Source: the human T2T-CHM13v2.0 reference genome, Homo sapiens. Taken from it: a stretch of 64,000 bases of DNA. The stretch lies in NCBI RefSeq assembly GCF_009914755.1, contig NC_060930.1; one strand, 5' to 3'. Shown in pieces: positions 55,660 to 64,000 of the stretch. The notes beneath the pieces were generated by a model. It did no database searches. It was not told the origin of the DNA and was given only the letters and a program-made list of their open reading frames with translations. Position 1 is the stretch's first letter. Every line of letters starts with the position of its first letter. The translations under genes and the position numbers were made by a program.

Positions 55660-55688
55660 ATACCAATCTTTTATTTTCTGGCTAATAA

Positions 55689-55952
<264 letters not shown>

Positions 55953-57139
55953 TAAGTTCATTTTGACTAAGAAAAATAATTATCAGCTGGGAAATGTTAA
56001 CTATATACACATTCAGGAATATATAACAGCAAACTGTTTGGAGGCTAAGCCACTGATTAAGTGAGCCTTCTCCCGTTCTCCCACTTACCGCATGCACATT
56101 GATTCAAAGGCATGTGTCAGCAGCTGACAGATGGTGTTTCACTGATCTATAGGGATACTCAAGCATAGTCAAAATCAAGAATGCTAAATCCCCACATACC
56201 AAGGGCCTGCCCCAAAGGATGGTAGGGAATTGTCTGAGTTCATTTTTGACATGTTGGATTTGAGAGGCTTCTGTAGGGTATCCTGGTCCCAAATAGGCAG
56301 AAGGAAATTCAGGTCTGACACTTGAGATATCTGACCTGAAGAATAAGGAAATCATCAGCATAAGGACAGTAATTGAAGTCACAAAAATACTTATACTCTA
56401 CATTAGCCCTTTCTAGTTTCTGCCCTATCTTTCTTGTTCCATTCAATGTATTACTTTTTTGAAATTTGTCATTTATGCTCACTCTCCATTTTCTCATTTC
56501 CTATGGCAGGCTAGCTATTCTCACTACCAAAATTACCTTCACAGAGGTCACTAATGACATCTTTGTTTTTGAATCAAGTGTCTATGCCAGGTCTTAGATT
56601 AATTCACCATCTTATAGCATTTCACACTCTTGAACACTGTGCTCATATCATTTCCCTTATAAATCAGTGAATTCCTTCTGTTCTTTAGAATTATCTCATT
56701 TACCTCAAAACTTCTGTGAATTAGGTATTATCTTCATTTTACAAATGAGTAAACTAAGTCCAAAAGGATAAGTTACTTGCCCCAGGTCACAACATGTAAG
56801 TGACAGGGCTGGATTGGAACCCAGGCCTGTCTAAGGCCCAGGGTCTTTCCACCATTCCACATTTACAGAAATAGACCTCCTTGACCTTCTGGATACTATT
56901 GTCTTTTTTCTCCTCCTACCTTTCCAGTTCCGTCTCACTTCTGTTTCTTACATGTAGATGTTTCCCAGGATTCCGGCTCCATATAACGTTTTCCCAGCCA
57001 TAACTAACTACTACACTGAACATCCAACAGCTTTATGGTGTCTTTTTTGTCTGAAAAAACTTTCTCTATTTCCTTGTCTTTCACTTGTCTTTTTTCTTTT
57101 CTTTTTCTTTCTTTCTTTCATTCTTTTTCTCTCTTTTCT

Positions 57140-57369
57140 TCCTTTTTTGATATAGGTCTTGCTCTGGTTGCCCAGGCTGAACTCAGACTCCTGGGCTCAA
57201 GCAGTTCTCCCTCCTCAGCCTCCCGAGTAGCTTGGATTACAGGCATGTGCCACCATGCCTGGTGTCACTATGTTGCCCAGGCTGGACTCAAACTCCTGGG
57301 CTTAAGCAGTCTTCCCACCTCAGCCTCCCAAAGTGCTGAGATGACAAGTGTAAGCCACAGTGCCTAGCC
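57140..57369 (-). mobile_element. Alu-derived element made of two short monomers
   Basis: Two TTGCCCAGGCTG..ACTCCTGGGCT..CCTCAGCCTCCC units with no A-rich linker. Confidence 0.8.
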
Positions 57370-57660
57370 TCAGTTATTTTGAGGGCTACAAAATGGTGAT
57401 TTTTCAAATCTATTATTCCTTCTACATTAGATGGTATTCTGTAAGATAGTTTTTTCCTTCTGTATGTATGTTTAGAAATGGTTGTTTTAGAGAGAAAAAA
57501 TGGATAATAGGAAATGTATAAACCCAAGAAAATGTTACTGTTCTTGTTAGCAGTACTATTACTGTTTCTGTCACTCTTGTTACTATAATTTTAGGAGTGT
57601 CTCTGAAGATACAGTCCAAAGAAAGTTCTCCAAAACAAGGAGAGCAGTCTGAAGCTGGGG

Positions 57661-58080
57661 ATGGCAACAGCATTGGTGAGTGCCCATTCCCTGGCTCCCC
57701 TGAATCTGAAGAAGGAGGGGCTTCGGGTAGTGAGGGAGGATCACTACTCTACTTGGGAACAGGGATTCAAGCTGCAAGGAAACAGTAAAGGCCTTGGACA
57801 GGAGCCATTGTGCAAACAATTCAGGCAGTTGCGTTATGAAGAGACCACAGGACCTCGAGAAGCACTAAGTCGGCTCCGGGAGCTCTGTCAACAGTGGCTA
57901 CAGCCCGAGACCCATACCAAGGAGCAGATCCTGGAGCTGCTGGTGCTGGAGCAGTTTCTGATCATCCTGCCTAAGGAGCTCCAGGCCCGGGTGCAGGAGC
58001 ATCACCCAGAGAGCAGGGAGGACGTGGTTGTTGTTCTGGAGGATTTGCAGCTGGATCTTGGAGAAACAGGACAACAGGTG
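57661..58080 (+). CDS. ZSCAN26: ZSCAN26 (ZNF187/SRE-ZBP) coding exon 1: SCAN domain
   Basis: [58 protein letters not shown]; acceptor 57594; donors at 58077 or 58080. Confidence 0.94.
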
Positions 58081-58410
58081 GTAAGGGTCAGATGTGCTCT
58101 TTTTCAGGAATGCAGGAATTGAGATCTCTGGCCAGACAGGTGGACATGGGCTCATCAGCGGAAGGAGAATTACTAAGCTTTGATTCAGTTTTTTTCCAGT
58201 CTAGCTGTTAATTTCCTTAGGTCTTACCTCAACCTTACCTGGCCCTTGCTTGGAGAAAACTGAATGTGCACCAGATTCCCCATCTTCTTTTCTTTGCCCC
58301 TCTGGGGTTTCTCTTTCTTCTCTTTTTTAACACCTAGGTGTTTTACTGAACAGCAGTTTCCTAAACCCACATATATCTAATTATGCCTCCATATACCTAA
58401 TTGTCCCTAG

Positions 58411-58528
58411 GACCCAGACCAGCCAAAGAAACAAAAAATACTTGTGGAGGAGATGGCCCCTCTGAAAGGAGTACAGGAACAGCAGGTTCGGCATGAGTGT
58501 GAAGTTACAAAGCCTGAGAAAGAGAAGG
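58411..58528 (+). CDS. ZSCAN26: ZSCAN26 coding exon 2 (118 nt)
   Basis: CCCTAG|GAC..AAGG|GTAAGA; DPDQPKKQKILVEEMAPLKGVQEQ. Confidence 0.9.
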
Positions 58529-58877
58529 GTAAGAATTGGATTGCATCTTCTGTGTGTGAGACGTGGTGGACTGTGCCTTTCCCTCTGAGGTTGTGCTTAG
58601 CACCCTTGTATTTTGTTTTTTGCTTTTGTTTTGAGTCAGGTTTACTGAAGCATAATTTATATGTAGTAAAATTCACTCTTTTTAGATGTACAGGTCAATG
58701 AGTTTTCACAAATGCGAAATAATTGTGGTCTAATCAGGACCACTATCAAGAGATAAGAGATGTCTATCACCCCAAATATTTTAGCTGAACAAAATAGCAA
58801 GAAAAGGGTACAAAGGGAACCTGGACCTTCACCTTGCTCTTCTTCCTCTTACTGTAGGGGTGAATAAAAAAAGCAGT

Positions 58878-59781
<904 letters not shown>

Positions 59782-60216
59782 TGAAATTCTTCTTCCTAAT
59801 TTTTGCTCCTTACATTTTTTCATTTCTTCTTTTTTTTTTCTGTCATAGAACTAATTACATTATATTGCAGTTTCTAGTTTGCTTCTCTTTTTCTCTTGCC
59901 AGACTAAAAGGGAAGGGGTTTTGTTTTGTTTTCTGAGTCAGCTACAGTCCCTGGCCTAGTGTAGACCCTCAATAAATGTCTGTTTGATGAATGACTGGTT
60001 TTATATGTAAAATCATGCTTTACATGCTACCTATTCCTCTGTTCAATTTCCAAGTCAGCTTCAAATTACCTTTCTTCTGGGAGCATCCTGAATAAAGTAG
60101 CTGAAAGAAAGGGGCCTACCTTTTCTCAATAGCCTTGCAGAAATGAATTAGCCTTGCAGAAATGATTACCATGTAATCAGTGATGGGTGTATAGTTTAAA
60201 TACAAAAAGTAAATGT

Positions 60217-60490
60217 GGCTGCTGTAATCCCACTACTTTGGGAAGCCAGAGTGGGAGGATTGCTTGAAGCCAGATGTTTGAGACCAGCCTGGGCAACATA
60301 GTGAAACCCTGTCCTCTACAAAAAATAAATAAATAGCTAGGCGTGGTGGCATGCAGCTGTAGTTCTAGCCACTTGGGAGGCTGAGGCAAGAGGATTGCTT
60401 GAGCCCAGGAGTTCAAGACTGCAGTGAGCTATGTGATTGCACCACTGTACTCCAGCGTTGGCAACAGAGCAAGACCATGTCTCAAAAAAA
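60217..60490 (+). mobile_element. AluJ-like SINE
   Basis: Alu dimer missing its first bases. Confidence 0.9.
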
Positions 60491-61936
60491 GTGAATGTAA
60501 TGTCAGTAGACTCTTGAAAATGTCCCTTACCCTCTGGATCTGTTAAAAATGTTATTTTATATTCAAAGTTCAGGTTGTTTTTTGGTTTCATCCTCTCTTG
60601 CTTTTTTAAAGTTGTATATGTGATTATGTCATTACTGGAAGAGTCTTATTCCTTTCCCTTAATCTCTCACTCTTGCCCCCTGCCCCTGTGTAGGACTGAA
60701 TACTTCATTCTGTTGTAGAGGGTCTTTGTACACAGTACATTATTACATTATTTAATTTATTCACTCCCCACCTGTGACCTTCCTTTCTCTGATGTCTCCT
60801 TACTAATTCCTTCACTTTCACTTTTCCTTTCAGCTGTCATCCACTCTTTCCTTTTTACTTATCTGCTGAATTAACTTGCTCACACTGATTAACCCTCTTT
60901 TGTTTGTTATTAGTGCTGCTTAGAGTCTTTCTTCTATTTTCTCCATCCAGCTTTCCTTTTACTCTCTCATTCTGACTTTGCATCCCCAGTCATGCTCCTA
61001 GCCTTTAAAGAGTTATCCTTAGCTACAAGAAAAACTGGTAAATAAAAATATAAAATGAAACAAAACAAAAACTTCACATTCTTCTCACCCGTCTGCTTGT
61101 GTATCTGAGCTTAAGTTTTCTCTATTTTCATTTAATTTCACCCTTAGGACACAGGCCATTTATTTAGTAAACATTTGTTTAATGTCTGTTATGTACCAGG
61201 CTCTGTGCTAGAGAAAACAAAGTCTGCTCTGCATGTGCTTACAGTCTCTTGGGGCATTGTGCATCAGGGGTGCAGGGAGCGACAGACATGAATAAATTAT
61301 CATAGCGTTGAGATTAAAGCTCTGTTGAACCACACAGGAGAGCAGTTACTGCTGTCCAAGGAGATTAGGAAAGGCGAAGGCATTTTTGTGAACTTCATGT
61401 TATTGTCAAGGTCTTATAGTACATTATTCTTTCTTTATGGATGAGGACACAGAGCCCAGATGATTTACCTTACTTTTTTAAGATTACACAGTTAGTGATA
61501 AAATTGGGCACCACATCTACATTTCTTCATTTTCAGTTAAAATGTCGTCCCTTTCTTATGGGCCCTGGGGGCCTCAATTAACCTAGCTTTTTTTATTTTC
61601 CATGTGACAAGTTATCTTCAAGACTGTACAGCCATGCCCTTTAAGACAGTTTATTTGCTTGCTTGCTAGCTTCTCTGTGTGTGGTATCCCATGATAAAAT
61701 TTAAACTATTTAAAATAAGTCACCTCCCACCAGAATTCCCCATCTTTCCCCAAAGACAGTCACAGTTAACAATGTCTTGTGTACCATTCTGTAACTATTT
61801 TACGCAATCACAAGCATCCACAATGTTTTTACTTTGCACACATGGCTTCATTATATTTTTTTTTCCTTTTAGTTGCAGATTCCTTTCCCCAAGCATCAAA
61901 AGACAAGTAATTGGTGGTATATATTTAATATTGCAG

Positions 61937-62838
61937 GTGAGGAGACAAGGATTGAGAATGGGAAGCTTATTGTAGTAACAGACTCTTGTGGAAGAGTAGA
62001 GTCATCTGGGAAAATATCTGAACCCATGGAGGCTCATAATGAGGGCTCTAACTTGGAAAGGCATCAGGCCAAGCCCAAAGAGAAGATTGAGTATAAATGC
62101 TCAGAACGTGAGCAGAGATTCATCCAGCACTTGGACCTGATTGAACATGCGAGTACACACACGGGAAAGAAACTCTGCGAGTCTGATGTGTGTCAGAGTT
62201 CCAGTCTTACAGGACATAAGAAAGTCCTCTCTAGAGAGAAAGGTCATCAGTGTCATGAGTGTGGGAAAGCCTTTCAGAGGAGTTCACACCTCGTCAGACA
62301 TCAGAAAATCCATCTTGGTGAGAAGCCTTATCAGTGCAATGAGTGTGGCAAAGTCTTTAGCCAGAATGCAGGCCTTTTGGAACATCTCAGAATTCATACT
62401 GGAGAGAAACCTTATCTATGTATCCATTGTGGAAAAAATTTTAGGCGCAGCTCTCACCTTAATCGACATCAGAGAATTCACAGTCAGGAGGAGCCCTGTG
62501 AGTGCAAGGAGTGTGGAAAAACCTTTAGTCAGGCCTTACTCCTCACCCACCATCAGAGAATCCATAGTCACTCCAAAAGCCATCAATGTAACGAGTGTGG
62601 AAAAGCTTTCAGTTTGACCTCAGACCTTATTCGACACCACAGAATTCATACTGGAGAAAAACCTTTCAAGTGTAACATATGCCAGAAAGCCTTCCGACTA
62701 AACTCACACCTTGCTCAGCATGTAAGAATCCACAATGAAGAAAAACCCTATCAGTGTAGTGAATGTGGAGAAGCCTTCAGGCAAAGGTCAGGTCTTTTTC
62801 AACATCAGAGATATCACCACAAAGACAAACTGGCTTGA
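61937..62838 (+). CDS. ZSCAN26: ZSCAN26 last coding exon: seven intact C2H2 fingers plus degenerate N-terminal fingers
   Basis: TTGCAG|GT 61936; fingers from HQCHECGK to YQCSECGE; stop TGA 62838; 420+118+902=1440 nt = 479 aa (478 with donor 58077). Confidence 0.95.
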
Positions 62839-63248
62839 TGAGGTGTTCTCTCCTTGTAGAACATCAGAGAAGGCACATTGACTAGCAAACAGCACTTTAG
62901 GAAAAGTCACCGTAGCCCACTGTGGCATCAGAAAATTCTTGGGGGCTGAGTTGGAGGCTCCCTGCCTCTATTCTCTCTCCTTTGCTTTCCTTGAAGTCAG
63001 CTTTGGACCACAATAATTTCACTGTAGATGATATGCTAGGATCAAAGTTAAACAGCATTCTTCACTGCAGGACATCTCAGAGCATGTAACATAACTGCAT
63101 GATTATATACTCTAAGCAATAGAGAGCTTCATGACTGAGTAAGAGTTTTGAAGTCAGCAGTGAATCAAGTGCCCACAGATTTGCAGGCTTAAGCAGAACA
63201 AGGGAAGATTGATATTTTTGGATATGCTATAGCAGCTTTCTCCTATGA

Positions 63249-63933
63249 AATAAAACTGATGATGTTTGGAAGTATACTACTCTCAAAGGTGTCTTTAAAG
63301 TACAGGTTAATGGTGAACATTTTCCCCCAGTGGCTTCACCTCATTCCTCCCACTGGCCTTACCCCTTCCTTCCCCAGTGGAAGCATTTTCAAAAGCAAAG
63401 ATAATTTTCGCTGGTGAACTTCAGAACTTGCCTTCAGGGTTAGCTTCATGTAATTTTACCATTTCCCATCCCCATTCCCCACCACATTATGTCAAGATTC
63501 AAGTTATAAATTAACGTTTTACTTAGACTTTGAAAGAGATTTCATGAGTAATTTGAATGAACCTTGCTGAATTAATCTGAATAGCAACTGTCTGACTTGA
63601 TAACTCCAGTGCCAGTATAGTGGCTGCTGCATAGACACTATTCAGTAAATGTCTGATGAAAGAAATTGGACTTTTTCCCTTTAATACTGATGATGCAATT
63701 TTGAAATGTTGCTTGTTCTGGAATACTTCGGAAGTTAAACAATAAAGTCAGCTTGGAGAGGAGATCATGATCTTTATACTGTGAATAGCAGAATGTCACA
63801 GATGAAGAATATTAAAATTAGGGGCGTCCACTCCAAAACATATCACCAGAGTGACAACTTCAGCCCTCAGCCTCTGCAATCCATATATATCCTGGTCTTG
63901 GGAGTCCATAGAATACTGTTTCCTTCTAATAAA
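63249..63933 (+). terminator. Candidate tandem poly(A) signals in the ZSCAN26 3'UTR
   Basis: AATAAA at 63249, 63741 and 63928; which one is used cannot be read from sequence. Confidence 0.4.
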
Positions 63934-64000
63934 GGTTTCAAACAAATCCCTGCAGATTTATTTAAAGTGTTTGTGGAAGATAATTTTCCATATAAGCTGT

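Noticed and set aside
56040-56130. Small hairpins in ZSCAN26 intron 1 as a possible snoRNA/miRNA
   Set aside because: Stems are short; no convincing C/D or H/ACA layout

Overview
Primate (human-like) genomic DNA that I recognise as part of the chr6p22.1 SCAN/zinc-finger cluster in the extended MHC. In order: processed pseudogene TOB2P1 (-), ZSCAN9/ZNF193 (+), ZKSCAN4/ZNF307 (-), the intronless retrogene NKAPL (+) and ZSCAN26/ZNF187 (+). Exon models were built by hand from GT/AG sites and frame continuity and give 394 aa (445 aa with a cassette exon), 545 aa, 402 aa and 478/479 aa. The rest is dense in Alu, L1, L2, LTR/ERV and DNA-transposon relics; family names come from recalled consensus sequences, not a RepeatMasker run. 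I cannot support a new biological system here. The most interesting items are a vestigial KRAB-B cassette exon in ZSCAN9, a 381-nt in-frame cryptic acceptor in ZKSCAN4, an L1 with an apparent 3' transduction, a tailless Alu with perfect TSDs, inverted Alu pairs around internal exons of all three ZNF genes, a collapsed ERV1 with gag/env remnants, and NKAPL alleles that may differ from the GRCh38 reference.
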